The notes under the pieces are model-generated. The model searched no databases and was not told where the DNA came from. It saw only the letters and a program-made list of their open reading frames with translations. 64,000 nt of DNA from an uncultured bacterium (GTDB taxonomy: Bacteria > Patescibacteriota > Doudnabacteria > UBA920), in the NCBI GenBank assembly GCA_963749445.1, contig CAVVMJ010000003.1, forward strand, positions 715 through 64,714, written 5' to 3'. The position numbers were made by a program, and so were the translations under genes. Below, one piece after another: positions 38,732-47,847 of this stretch (positions are counted from its first letter, which is position 1; each line of letters starts with the position of its first letter).

Positions 38732-40727
38732 GCACCGCGACTTTCTTTTTCCCGCTTAACTTATAAATATTTTCGGCTTCCGTGCTCACCACTTTTGTCT
38801 TTCTGCCGTTGCCGCGCAGTTCCTGATAAAGAGATTTAAAAGTATGCCCGTCGTAATCCCAATCCACCGCCCAATAGTCTATAAGCACAGCAAAATTATT
38901 TTTTATCAACAACATAAGTTCAGTGCGCGACTCGTCCGCCTTTTTACCGCTGCCCAAAGGAAAATCTTCTACAATATAATTTTCTATTTTAATTTTCAGT
39001 TTTAACCCTTCAATTTCCGGTTTGGCAATTTTTAAATATGGCTTATTGAAAAACACCACTTTACCAACAAGCGGCTCCAAGTCGTCCTCGGTTTTTGCCT
39101 GTTTTAGATACTCGTAAATATCCGGCGGAATTTGTTTTGGGATAATTTCCAATTTAGTTTTTGCCGCTTTTTTTCTTTCGTTCAACAGTTCATCAAAATT
39201 GTATTCGTAATCCCAGCCCAAAAGAGTCAAATTCGCGAAACCTCCGCCCTGTAAATTTTCCGCTTCCTTGGCCAATTCTTCCGCCTTATGCGCCGCAATC
39301 GGCCTGTCCGGATAGCCGCAATACACCAATTCCATTTTGCCGTCCTCGGATTTTTTTACGCCCAAATCCTTGCGGTTTTCCATAATTTCCGCGCCGTAAA
39401 GCTTTAACACGATTTTTTGCATCTCATAAATCCGCCCTCCTCCCAAATAAATCATCTCCCTCTGATAATTCCCAATATTCTCCACCAAAAACGGTTTTGA
39501 TTTTTGTTCCACCAGTCTGCCACGCGCGACTTGAATACCAACTTTCCCTAGCTCACATCCAATCCATCGACGGTTTAAATTTTCAGCTACTGATATCGTT
39601 GTTCCTGAACCCAAGAAAAAATCTGCAACGATTCCATTTTCAGGGCACGACGCTTCAATTATTCTTTGCAAAAGTTTTTTTGGTTTCTGAGTTTGATATT
39701 CTATATATTCGGGCATTGCTGGATAAACTTGCGTAATCCTTGCCTCATCACTATCTATCCACGACCATACATCATCCATCTTTCTTCCTTCGTCAGCATA
39801 ATAACGATTTGCGTTATTGTTGCCGCTCATTCGATATTTCCTACCCTCTTCATCTGTAAACGGATAAATGGATAAGTCCTTAACCGGAACACGCACAGGG
39901 TTAAAATATCTGTTATCTCCTTTTGAATAACGAAAAATCATGTTGTGTTTTCGAGCAAAGTCTTTTTCAGGAGCGGTCCCAGCTTGAAAATGCCAAATTA
40001 TCTGATTCCTAAAATTTTCCTCTCCAAAAACCTCATCCATCATCACTTTTACATAATGCCCAACGTGCCAGTCCAAATGCGCGTAAATACTGCCATCTTC
40101 GGCCAAAAGGCGTTTCATTAGTTGCAAACGCGGGTAAAGCATATCCAAATAGCTGTCTGTGCCGCCAGCCCAGGTGTCTTTGTAGGCCAAGCGTTCTATT
40201 ACGCTCGGCTCTTTTACCAATTCCAAATCCGCCGATGTTTCAGAAACATCAGCCAGTTTGATTTTGTGCGAATAGTCCGCCTTGCTGTCAAACGGCGGAT
40301 CAATGTAAATTAAATTTATTTTGCCTTCGTACCCCTGGTTTAACAGTGCCTGCATTGCCAATAAATTGTCGCCCCAAATTAGGCGGTTCATTTTTTGCTT
40401 GTCCAATTCTTCTTCCCCGATTTTGCCGTCTGTAAAAGACAAAGGCAACTGGCCTCTGTGCTCGGGATTTGGCACCACCACTTCCGCGGTCTGGAATTCA
40501 ATATCCTTGGGGTTAGGCGCGCGCTTGGGTTTGGTATCCCAAACCAGCCGGGCCGAATCCCTTTTCCTGTTAGTATTCATTTGTTGTAGCTGAGGATTTA
40601 GTGCAGCTGGAAAACAAAAAGGGCCTCCCAACCGCGAGCAACACCTTTCGATGTTACTGCGTGCTTGCGCACGCACCTCAGCTACGAGTGCGGTTAAGAG
40701 ACCGTCCTTATGTAGCTGAGGTTTCAA
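38676..40727 (-). CDS. mod: type III R-M Mod subunit (adenine-specific DNA methyltransferase)
   Basis: INLIYIDPPFDSKADY (motif IV) and C-terminal FFLGSGTTISVAENLNRRWIGCEL (motif I). Overlaps res by 56 nt. Confidence 0.85.
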   Translation of the reverse strand: MKPQLHKDGLLTALVAEVRAQARSNIERCCSRLGGPFCFPAALNPQLQQMNTNRKRDSARLVWDTKPKRAPNPKDIEFQTAEVVVPNPEHRGQLPLSFTDGKIGEEELDKQKMNRLIWGDNLLAMQALLNQGYEGKINLIYIDPPFDSKADYSHKIKLADVSETSADLELVKEPSVIERLAYKDTWAGGTDSYLDMLYPRLQLMKRLLAEDGSIYAHLDWHVGHYVKVMMDEVFGEENFRNQIIWHFQAGTAPEKDFARKHNMIFRYSKGDNRYFNPVRVPVKDLSIYPFTDEEGRKYRMSGNNNANRYYADEGRKMDDVWSWIDSDEARITQVYPAMPEYIEYQTQKPKKLLQRIIEASCPENGIVADFFLGSGTTISVAENLNRRWIGCELGKVGIQVARGRLVEQKSKPFLVENIGNYQREMIYLGGGRIYEMQKIVLKLYGAEIMENRKDLGVKKSEDGKMELVYCGYPDRPIAAHKAEELAKEAENLQGGGFANLTLLGWDYEYNFDELLNERKKAAKTKLEIIPKQIPPDIYEYLKQAKTEDDLEPLVGKVVFFNKPYLKIAKPEIEGLKLKIKIENYIVEDFPLGSGKKADESRTELMLLIKNNFAVLIDYWAVDWDYDGHTFKSLYQELRGNGRKTKVVSTEAENIYKLSGKKKVAVRVVDIFGNDATKILEVEI

Positions 40728-40894
40728 CCATGTCCCGCCGAAGGCGGGGTTTAGGCTTTACCCGGGGTTTTACGCCCGGGGCAATATTCTCCGCCGGAGG
40801 CGGATCCGCCTTTGGTGGAAATTGTATTTTAATTATACTACAATTAAGCCAAAAATAAAACCGCCGGTTTTAAGCAAATTTTTTGCTTGCGCAG

Positions 40895-40923
40895 TTGACA
40901 AGTATATAACTACAAGTTATACT
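40895..40923 (+). promoter_or_regulatory. sigma70-like promoter TTGACA-N17-TATACT
   Basis: Upstream of the antitoxin/toxin pair at 40950. Confidence 0.5.
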
Positions 40924-40949
40924 TTGGTTATACTATTAAAATTAAACCT

Positions 40950-41231
40950 ATGAACAGCCAGGTTATTTTTAAAATCGACAAAACTTTAAAACAAAGGGCT
41001 ATGAAGAGAGCCAAGCTGGAAGGCGTGCCTTTGGCTTTTGTCCTTAAAATGGCCACCCAAGCCTATGCCGACCGTAAAATGGATGTTGCCGTGGTCGCGG
41101 AGCCCAAGTTCAACTACAAAACCGACAAAGAGGTTAGACAGGCTTTAAAAGACATAAAGCGGGGGAAAAACCTATCCCCGGGCTTTACTAACGCCAAAGA
41201 TGCCATAGAGTACCTGGATACTCTAACATGA
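40950..41231 (+). CDS. RelB/DinJ-like antitoxin
   Basis: 93-aa protein with an RHH-like N-terminus. The toxin gene overlaps its stop by 4 nt. Confidence 0.55.
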   Translation: MNSQVIFKIDKTLKQRAMKRAKLEGVPLAFVLKMATQAYADRKMDVAVVAEPKFNYKTDKEVRQALKDIKRGKNLSPGFTNAKDAIEYLDTLT

Positions 41232-41488
41232 CAACGGTCTTTTACCACAAAACCTTCCGGAAAAAATATCCAAAAATGCCCAATTTTATTCAGCAAGCTT
41301 TCAAGGAACGGCTGAACATATTTTTGAACGACCCCTATCACCCGCTTTTGCACAATCACGATGTCAATAAAGCTTACCCTGGTTGCCAAAGCATAAATTT
41401 AAGCGGCGACTACCGAGCGATTTTTGAGCCGGGGAAAGGCTTTGTAAAATTTATTACTATTGGAAGCCACTCCGAACTTTACGGCTAA
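41228..41488 (+). CDS. RelE/YafQ-family mRNA interferase toxin
   Basis: LHNHDVNKAYPGCQSINLSGDYRAIFEPGKGFVKFITIGSHSELY matches the YafQ/RelE signature (…L.G.….R..HI..D.LLIY…..L.L.R.GTHS.L…). Confidence 0.7.
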   Translation: MTTVFYHKTFRKKYPKMPNFIQQAFKERLNIFLNDPYHPLLHNHDVNKAYPGCQSINLSGDYRAIFEPGKGFVKFITIGSHSELYG

Positions 41489-41512
41489 AACTCCCCTTTT
41501 GGGGAGTTTTTT
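41488..41512 (+). terminator. rho-independent terminator
   Basis: ctcccc-tttt-ggggag stem followed by a T-run. Confidence 0.6.
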
Positions 41513-41631
41513 GGTATAATACCTTTACCCGCCAAAACTTTGCGGGAAGCTATAAAAATTTTTGCTATTATTCTGTCTTGTCAATAATAATTAAGATTAC
41601 CCAATAAAATGGGCAAAGTTTAGGCGGGTTA

Positions 41632-42711
41632 ATGACAAAAGAAATCATCGTCTCCGGAACCAGGGTTAGCGGCAAACTGCATATTGGCAATTATTTGGGC
41701 GCGTTTAGGCAGTGGCTGGATTTGCAGGCAAAGGATGATAACCAATGTTACTTTTTTATTGCGGATTTGCATGGGATGACCACGCCGTTTGAGCCAAAAG
41801 AACTATCCGCTAACACGCTTGATGTAGCGGCCACGTATCTTGCCGCCGGAATTGACCCGAACAAGTCGGTTTTCTTTTTGCAAAACCACATTTTGGAGCA
41901 CGCGACTTTAGCGTGGATTTTTAATTGTCTAACTCCTTTGGGCGAACTTTATCGGATGACACAGTTTAAGGAAAAAACAGGGATTAAAACTATCGAGTCA
42001 GATATACAAACAACTGAATCTGGTACAGATGATCCCCGTCATAAAAATTTAATTGGGAATCGACTTGAAAAAGAAATTTCAAAACGGCAGACCTCAGTCA
42101 ACGCCGGATTGCTCACCTACCCGGCTCTGATGGCCGCGGACATTTTAATGTACAAAGCCACGGCTGTGCCAGTGGGCGACGACCAGGTCCAGCACGTGGA
42201 GCTCACGCGCGTGGTGGCGCGCAAATTCAACAACCGCTTTGGCCAAGTCTTTCCGGAACCCAAGACGTATTTGAACAAACCGTTAAGGATAATGTCGCTT
42301 ACTGACCCAACCAAAAAAATGAGCAAAACCGCAGATGAAGCCATTGGGCTGGACGACAGCCTGGAAGAAATGCAGCGTAAGCTCAAAAAGGCCGTTACCG
42401 CATCCGACCCCAGCGGCAAAACCAGCCCGGGCGTGGAAAACCTGTTTTTGCTTATGGAAAACTTTAGCCCGGACAAAACCAAAAAATACTTCGCGGACAA
42501 ACAAGTCCAGGGGCTTTTGCAATACAGCGAGCTCAAAGAAACGCTGGCCGTTGACATTTACAACCACTTTGCCGCATTCAGGGAAAAGAAAAAAGAACTC
42601 TTAGCCAAACCCGAATATCTTGCCGAAGTCCTTGGCGACGGCGCAAGCCGTGCCCGCCAAGTCGCCCAAAAAACTTTGCAGGAAGTCAAAGCAAAAATCG
42701 GATTATTATAG
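41632..42711 (+). CDS. trpS: tryptophan--tRNA ligase
   Basis: Class I HIGH-like HIGNYLGA and KMSKT motifs; TrpS-length with one internal insertion. Confidence 0.85.
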   Translation: MTKEIIVSGTRVSGKLHIGNYLGAFRQWLDLQAKDDNQCYFFIADLHGMTTPFEPKELSANTLDVAATYLAAGIDPNKSVFFLQNHILEHATLAWIFNCLTPLGELYRMTQFKEKTGIKTIESDIQTTESGTDDPRHKNLIGNRLEKEISKRQTSVNAGLLTYPALMAADILMYKATAVPVGDDQVQHVELTRVVARKFNNRFGQVFPEPKTYLNKPLRIMSLTDPTKKMSKTADEAIGLDDSLEEMQRKLKKAVTASDPSGKTSPGVENLFLLMENFSPDKTKKYFADKQVQGLLQYSELKETLAVDIYNHFAAFREKKKELLAKPEYLAEVLGDGASRARQVAQKTLQEVKAKIGLL

Positions 42712-42723
42712 AATGCCTTGACA

Positions 42724-42756
42724 AAGACCGAAATAACAATCAGATCGGTCTTTTTT
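42724..42756 (+). terminator. rho-independent terminator
   Basis: agaccga...tcggtct hairpin plus TTTTTT. Confidence 0.6.
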
Positions 42757-42811
42757 GATGCATTTAAAAATAAATAGTCTGCTATAATGGAAGCACGAGA
42801 GGAGGACTCCC

Positions 42812-43186
42812 GTGCTAAAAATTCAGTATAAACGACAGGGGTGCGTATTGTTTACGTTCCGCTCAGAAGAAGATAGCCAAAGGGCTTTCCAAGCCTGCAA
42901 GCGGGCTTTCTCCGACGGAAGCGAATTTTACGGTTATCATCTCAAACAGGGCGCCCCTTACCAACCGTGGTGGCTAGCAGACCACTACACGCTCATCTTC
43001 GGCACCCTAGAGGTACCGATTTTGACACACGGACCGGAAATTACCCGAATCAGGGTATCTTCCTACCCGCCGATGTTTATCGGCAATGCGCTACTCGACC
43101 GCGATATGGGTATCATAGATCGCTGGCTAATTGACGAATTCACTCTTCGGAGTTGGTCGTCCCAGTCATTCTCTGCCGCGGCTTGA
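42812..43186 (+). CDS. small hypothetical protein, paralog 1 of 3 (GTG start; SD sequestered in hairpin)
   Basis: Shares the core [Y/F]xΦΦF[G/A][T/F]...THGxE[I/V]xR and an N-terminal ΦxFxxSxEDxxRA block with the 43378 and 43889 ORFs. Has its own TATAAT box, GGAGGA SD and terminator. Confidence 0.5.
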   Translation: MLKIQYKRQGCVLFTFRSEEDSQRAFQACKRAFSDGSEFYGYHLKQGAPYQPWWLADHYTLIFGTLEVPILTHGPEITRIRVSSYPPMFIGNALLDRDMGIIDRWLIDEFTLRSWSSQSFSAAA

Positions 43187-43377
43187 AACAAACACCTTTT
43201 CTTTCTGCCCGCTAACGCCTGGCAGAGAAACCGGCGGACGCCTACCTCGCGTCCGCCTTCGCCTTTTACCAAACTTTTTATTCAAAAGGCCAACCAAACG
43301 GTTGGGCTTTTTTAGTTATCCACCAATTGCCATTAAAAAATATTGCTTATATACTGGGAATATAAAGGAGGTGCCAC

Positions 43378-43752
43378 ATGCCGAGTTGTGTGGCCTTTTT
43401 TGAAAGCAAGGCCGACGCAAGTCGGGCCTATCACGTTCTGTTCTTAAAGATCGTTCGGCGGCATCCGTTTCTTGACCTGGAGCCGCTGTACATCTGGTCA
43501 GGCGCGGAGAATCGCCCTTACCAAAGCGAACACAACGATGAGTACTTCATCGTTTTCGCCTTTACGTCGGCAAGCCCCCGGCATTTCAAGGAAACTGGGT
43601 TTATTGGATATGACATTACCGAAATGTCGTCTGCCCAAGCTTGGGACTTAGTCACCAAGCACGGGCGGAGCGCCCTCACATCGGTGGTTAAACGCCCCAT
43701 CGCTGCCGCCGATGCCATCGCTCCCGACAGCAGCAGGAGGACCGCCGCATGA
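43378..43752 (+). CDS. small hypothetical protein, paralog 2 of 3
   Basis: As above; TATACT box, AGGAGG SD, ATG start, downstream hairpin terminator. Confidence 0.5.
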   Translation: MPSCVAFFESKADASRAYHVLFLKIVRRHPFLDLEPLYIWSGAENRPYQSEHNDEYFIVFAFTSASPRHFKETGFIGYDITEMSSAQAWDLVTKHGRSALTSVVKRPIAAADAIAPDSSRRTAA

Positions 43753-43888
43753 CCAAACACCCATACGGCAGCGGGCGGACATCAATATTTCGGATGTTCG
43801 CGCGCTGCCGTCGCTGTTTTATATATTTGTGCTTTTTTTATACTTTCTATATACTTGAGTCAAATCTACGTTCCACAGGAGGTTCAAC

Positions 43889-44230
43889 TTGCCGTACACT
43901 TATATGGTGGTGTGCGCATCGAAAGAAGAATGGCTCGCTAGAAAGAAAGGGTTCGAGGCTGCCTGTAACGGCAGCGGCGAAACGTTCATGGATGTCAAAC
44001 CCATAGCTGCAGAATTCACAGACGGCCAATCGACCAAACCGTATGCCCGAAGGTGGGGCAACAAGCACTTCATTCTTTTTGCCACCCACGAGCCCGTCAC
44101 CACCCATGGAGTTGAAGTCCATCGCTTCAATGACATGTCGACCGGCGGGTTCGTTGACGCCCTCGGCCATTACTCATGGGACGACCTGATGAGCCAGGTT
44201 TGTTCCACACACAACCATGCCACCGTCTGA
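43889..44230 (+). CDS. small hypothetical protein, paralog 3 of 3 (TTG start)
   Basis: As above; AGGAGG SD 7 nt before the TTG start; two hairpin terminators downstream. Confidence 0.45.
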   Translation: MPYTYMVVCASKEEWLARKKGFEAACNGSGETFMDVKPIAAEFTDGQSTKPYARRWGNKHFILFATHEPVTTHGVEVHRFNDMSTGGFVDALGHYSWDDLMSQVCSTHNHATV

Positions 44231-44382
44231 CTTCGGCAACACATCGCCAACGCGCGGCGGACGACCACCCATCGTCCGCCGTGCATCATTTTTAAAACGC
44301 CCAAACAGGGCGTTTAATATTGTTTGATGTCTTTATGAAATTATTTTGGGAGGGTTATAAACCCTCCCCTACATTACAATAA

Positions 44383-45177
44383 TTATTTCAGCAAGCCTTT
44401 AATAATTTTTTTTGTCTCTTCCGGGCCCTTGACCTGAATGTAATCCACTCCGGTTTTGACCACCGCGTAATCGTTGCCGCCGGGGACAATCGCATCGCCA
44501 ATAAATAACATTTTGCCAATAGGCACGCCCAAATGGTTTTTTATCTGCCGCAAACCGTAAGCCTTGTCTATCCCCTTTTTGGTAACGTCAATGGATGTAA
44601 ACCCCGCGGCGCGTACTTCCAAATTTGGCAAATATTTTGCCGCGAGTTTAGCGATTTTCATTTTCAAGGACTTGTTTTCTTTAAGCCATTGCTCTTTAAG
44701 CGCCACGCCTTTTTTGCCTAAAATCGCAACCACGTCCTGGCCTAAAAAGGACAGCGTAACTTGCGTACCGCGGTCTTCTATAATCTGGCCGTAAGTTTTT
44801 TTGGGATGATGGTAGCCGATTTCCTTAAACACGCGTTGGAAAGTTTGCTTGATTTTCGCGCGTTCGCTTTTTGTCAGTTGATGGGAATAAATTTGTTTCC
44901 AGCCATTATGGTACCGATAAAAGGACGTTGAGGTTGTGGGAAATAAAAATAACTTGGATAACAATTCCTTTGGCGCCAAAAGCGCGTCTAAAAATTGCAG
45001 CTTAAACAAATCGTACTTGCCGCCGCCAATAACCGCGACTTTTTTGGCTTCCAAAAGCCGGGCAAACAGCCCCGACATCTCCCTGTCCATAACCGACTTG
45101 GTCGGCGTCAGCGTGCCGTCCAAATCAAAGACGATTAGGCTTTTAAACTTTAAGTTTTTAGGATTGATAATCTTCAT
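44383..45177 (-). CDS. HAD-IIB hydrolase, phosphomannomutase (PMM)-like
   Basis: LIVFDLDGTLT (motif I), KKVAVIGGGKYDL and LFIGDAIVPGGNDYAV parallel eukaryotic-type PMM motifs. Confidence 0.65.
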   Translation of the reverse strand: MKIINPKNLKFKSLIVFDLDGTLTPTKSVMDREMSGLFARLLEAKKVAVIGGGKYDLFKLQFLDALLAPKELLSKLFLFPTTSTSFYRYHNGWKQIYSHQLTKSERAKIKQTFQRVFKEIGYHHPKKTYGQIIEDRGTQVTLSFLGQDVVAILGKKGVALKEQWLKENKSLKMKIAKLAAKYLPNLEVRAAGFTSIDVTKKGIDKAYGLRQIKNHLGVPIGKMLFIGDAIVPGGNDYAVVKTGVDYIQVKGPEETKKIIKGLLK

Positions 45178-45889
45178 AATTATATTTTAGCACAAACAAA
45201 AAAAAGAAGCAGGCGTCCCGGTACACTCACAGGACGCCCGCGATAGGCAACTCCCACCAAAGGATGCCTTAGTTGGTAACTTCCGCCGCTCGAGCCTGCA
45301 AGGCCCGGGGATTGCGTTCGCCGCTCGACGCAACGAGCGGCAGAATAGCCGGTGCCCTGTTGGGCTTGCCATCAAGGGCACGGCGGGCGACTTCCAGGGG
45401 TGCTTGACCCCTGGCTCCTCCTTCTTGAATGAAAGCCCCTCTCTGGGCGGCGACGAACCTGCCAGACCTGCCGTAGTTCTTCATCAGTTTCTCCATGTTG
45501 TAAGAAAACAACGCTACCGATATGGCAATCGGAGGCACCGCTTCCTTACAAAAATAATACTCTTATATATGCCATAAGTCAAACTAATCTGTTATAATAA
45601 ACATGAACAGGAGGCCCTATGAGTATCCTGAAAACACCTCCTTTCCTGCAGTAGCGTTTCCACGACACGATTTAGCCTCCGCAGAGAGGCCGCTGTTTAA
45701 TCCGCTACTTGCGGGAAAGGAGAGTGATCCAGCGCAGATATACCTTTTGCCGATATTTTTTCCGGCGAGGCGCCATTGTTTTTCTTTTGGCGCCCTTTTC
45801 TTTTGCTCTTGGCTAAACCGGCTATCTGATTTATACTACCCACGATGACTTTTCCTATTCTCTTGTCTCTAATCTCTTTTCACTAACAT

Positions 45890-47052
45890 ATGTCTTTTCA
45901 AATCGGAATCGTCGGGCTGCCAAATGTAGGAAAATCAACTCTTTTTAACGCCATTACCAAAAGCAAGGTGGAGGCGGCGAATTACCCGTTTGCCACCATT
46001 AACCCCAATGTGGGCGTAGTGGCTGTGCCGGACGAACGCTTGGCCAAACTGGCCGCGCAGGAAAAAGCGAAAAAATTGTGCCCACGGCTATTGAGTTTGT
46101 AGATATTGCCGGATTGGTCAAAGGCGCCAGCAAAGGCGAAGGCTTGGGCAACCAATTTTTAAGCCATATCCGCTCCGTTGACGCGATTTTGGAAGTGGTG
46201 AGATTTTTTGAAAATAAGGACATTATCCATGTGCAGGGCAACGTTGACCCCAAGCGCGATATGGAAACCGTTGCCATAGAACTGCAATTGGCGGATTTGC
46301 AAAACGTGGAAAATAGATTATCATCCGTCGCCCGCCAGGCCAAAAGCGGCGAACGCGACGCGATAATCAAAAAAACTGTGCTTGATAAATATCGGATGGC
46401 GCTTGAGGCCGGAGCTATGGCCAACACCGTGCATTTGACCGATGAAGAAAAAGAGCACAGTAAGGATATTGAGCTTTTGACCAACAAACCGATTATGTTT
46501 GTGGCAAATGATAAATTTGATTTGGATAAAAAATCTTTTTCATCTGCCATTCCGAGCCCTGGGATATCGGGCGAGGAATCTGTTAAAACATCTGCTAGTG
46601 ATAACAGATCCCTCCACTCGCCCTCGGATGCACTCGGGCTCGGTCGGGATGGCAAATTTATTACCATCGATGCACAACTAGAAAGCGAACTCGCGGAGCT
46701 TTCCGATGACGAACGCGCGCAGTACCTTAAAGAACTCGGCCTGCCGGAATCGGGTTTGGATAAAATCATCAAAGCCGCGTATAAAACTTTAGGGCTGATT
46801 ACCTTTATTACGGCCGGGCCAAAAGAAAGTAAGGCCTGGACCTGCCCCGCCGGTACCAAAGCTCCGCAGGCCGCGGGAATAATCCATACCGATTTTGAAA
46901 AAGGCTTTATCCGCGCCGAAGTCATCCAATGGAATAAATTATTGGAAGCCGGCGGCTACGGCCCGGCGCGGGATAAGGGTTGGCTAAGGGTTGAGGGAAA
47001 AGAATATGTGATTGCGGATGGGGATGTTGTGCACTTTAGATTTAATGTATAA
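45890..47052 (+). CDS. ychF: ribosome-binding ATPase YchF (Obg family), with an apparent frameshift at ~46085 and an in-frame repeat insertion
   Basis: [16 protein letters not shown] and FATINPNVG in the first ORF; [24 protein letters not shown] through the C-terminal TGS domain in the second. The frameshift falls in an A6 run. Insertion at ~46523-46660. Confidence 0.9.
46523..46660. repeat. composite palindromic repeat (family B) inserted in frame in ychF
   Basis: cattccgagcc...ggcgaggaatc and cagatccctccactcgccctcggatgcactcgggctcggtcgggatgg. Family B copies also at 50051-50092 and fused with family A at 24715-24770. Confidence 0.7.
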
Positions 47053-47327
47053 TTTGATATAATTCAAACAATCCTGCTCATGCAGTTTGGGCTACAGTTC
47101 AAACTCGCGGGGTTTCCAATCTTTGGAGCGCCAGAGTATTGCATCTTACGGGGTGTAATAGCGTGCGAATATTGATTGCGGTGATACTTCTTGTCTGTTT
47201 CCAGCGGAAATGCCCCGGCGTTAGGTTGGGACTACTCCCAAGTTAAATACAGGAAAGAAAAGGGTATAGGCCTCTAAAAGGCAGTAAGCCTTACATTTTC
47301 CAGTGATCACGGACGGAAATAGGCAAT

Positions 47328-47448
47328 TTCTCGACTCCAACGGGTATCGCGTCTGCGTCAAGCTCAACTCGGATGGGCTCAACGTCAACAACGATCATCC
47401 GTCCTACGGCGACAACGACAACTTGTACGTCTGCGTTGCCCGGAAGTC
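47328..47448 (+). repeat. DGR template repeat (TR)
   Basis: 121 bp matching VR at 48950-49070 (minus strand). All 16 mismatches are A in the TR. Confidence 0.85.
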
Positions 47449-47461
47449 TCATCGTTTTTTA

Positions 47462-47495
47462 AATCAGACCTACCTTTTAAAAGGTAGGTCTGATT
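47462..47495. terminator. perfect 13-bp-stem hairpin (aatcagacctacc-ttttaaaa-ggtaggtctgatt)
   Basis: Lies between the TR and the 3' end of avd. Could be a bidirectional terminator or a DGR RNA structural element. Confidence 0.5.
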
Positions 47496-47847
47496 GTTGC
47501 AGCACCTGAACTGATTTTTTCCAGCCGCCTAACATCCGGCCTATTTCATCCACCGAATCCTGAAAGAAAATATACTTTTTATTATCCATGGCCTTAATGT
47601 CTTTAGCCAGACGCATATAAATCCGCAAAATATTAAGTTTGCCGCTGGCTTTGTCCAAATATGGTAGCTTTTCCGCCTTGGGTAAGCCGGTTGCGGTAAG
47701 CAGATACTCCAAAATTTCCGTTAAAACTGTTTCGCTTTTTTGGCCTAAAGAATATCTGTCCTGCTTTGGGAAAGTTTTTAAACAAATATAAAACTCCTTG
47801 TATAAATCATACGACTTTTTAAAAATTGGAACATCAAATTCATTCAT
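47470..47847 (-). CDS. avd: DGR accessory variability determinant (Avd, four-helix-bundle/IVS-like)
   Basis: FPKQDRYSLGQKSE and DEIGRMLGGWKKS parallel bAvd PRKHGVAREMF and EVGRILGSWIARV. 125 aa, strongly basic C-terminal half. Confidence 0.75.
   Translation of the reverse strand: MNEFDVPIFKKSYDLYKEFYICLKTFPKQDRYSLGQKSETVLTEILEYLLTATGLPKAEKLPYLDKASGKLNILRIYMRLAKDIKAMDNKKYIFFQDSVDEIGRMLGGWKKSVQVLQQSDLPFKR

Noticed and set aside
40601-40858. 85-aa ORF between mod and the toxin-antitoxin pair
   Set aside because: Lies in a hairpin-dense divergent promoter region and has a low-complexity translation. Likely non-coding.
47303-47509. 68-aa ORF upstream of the RT
   Set aside because: It is the translation of the DGR template repeat (rich in AAC/AAT Asn codons), not a real gene.
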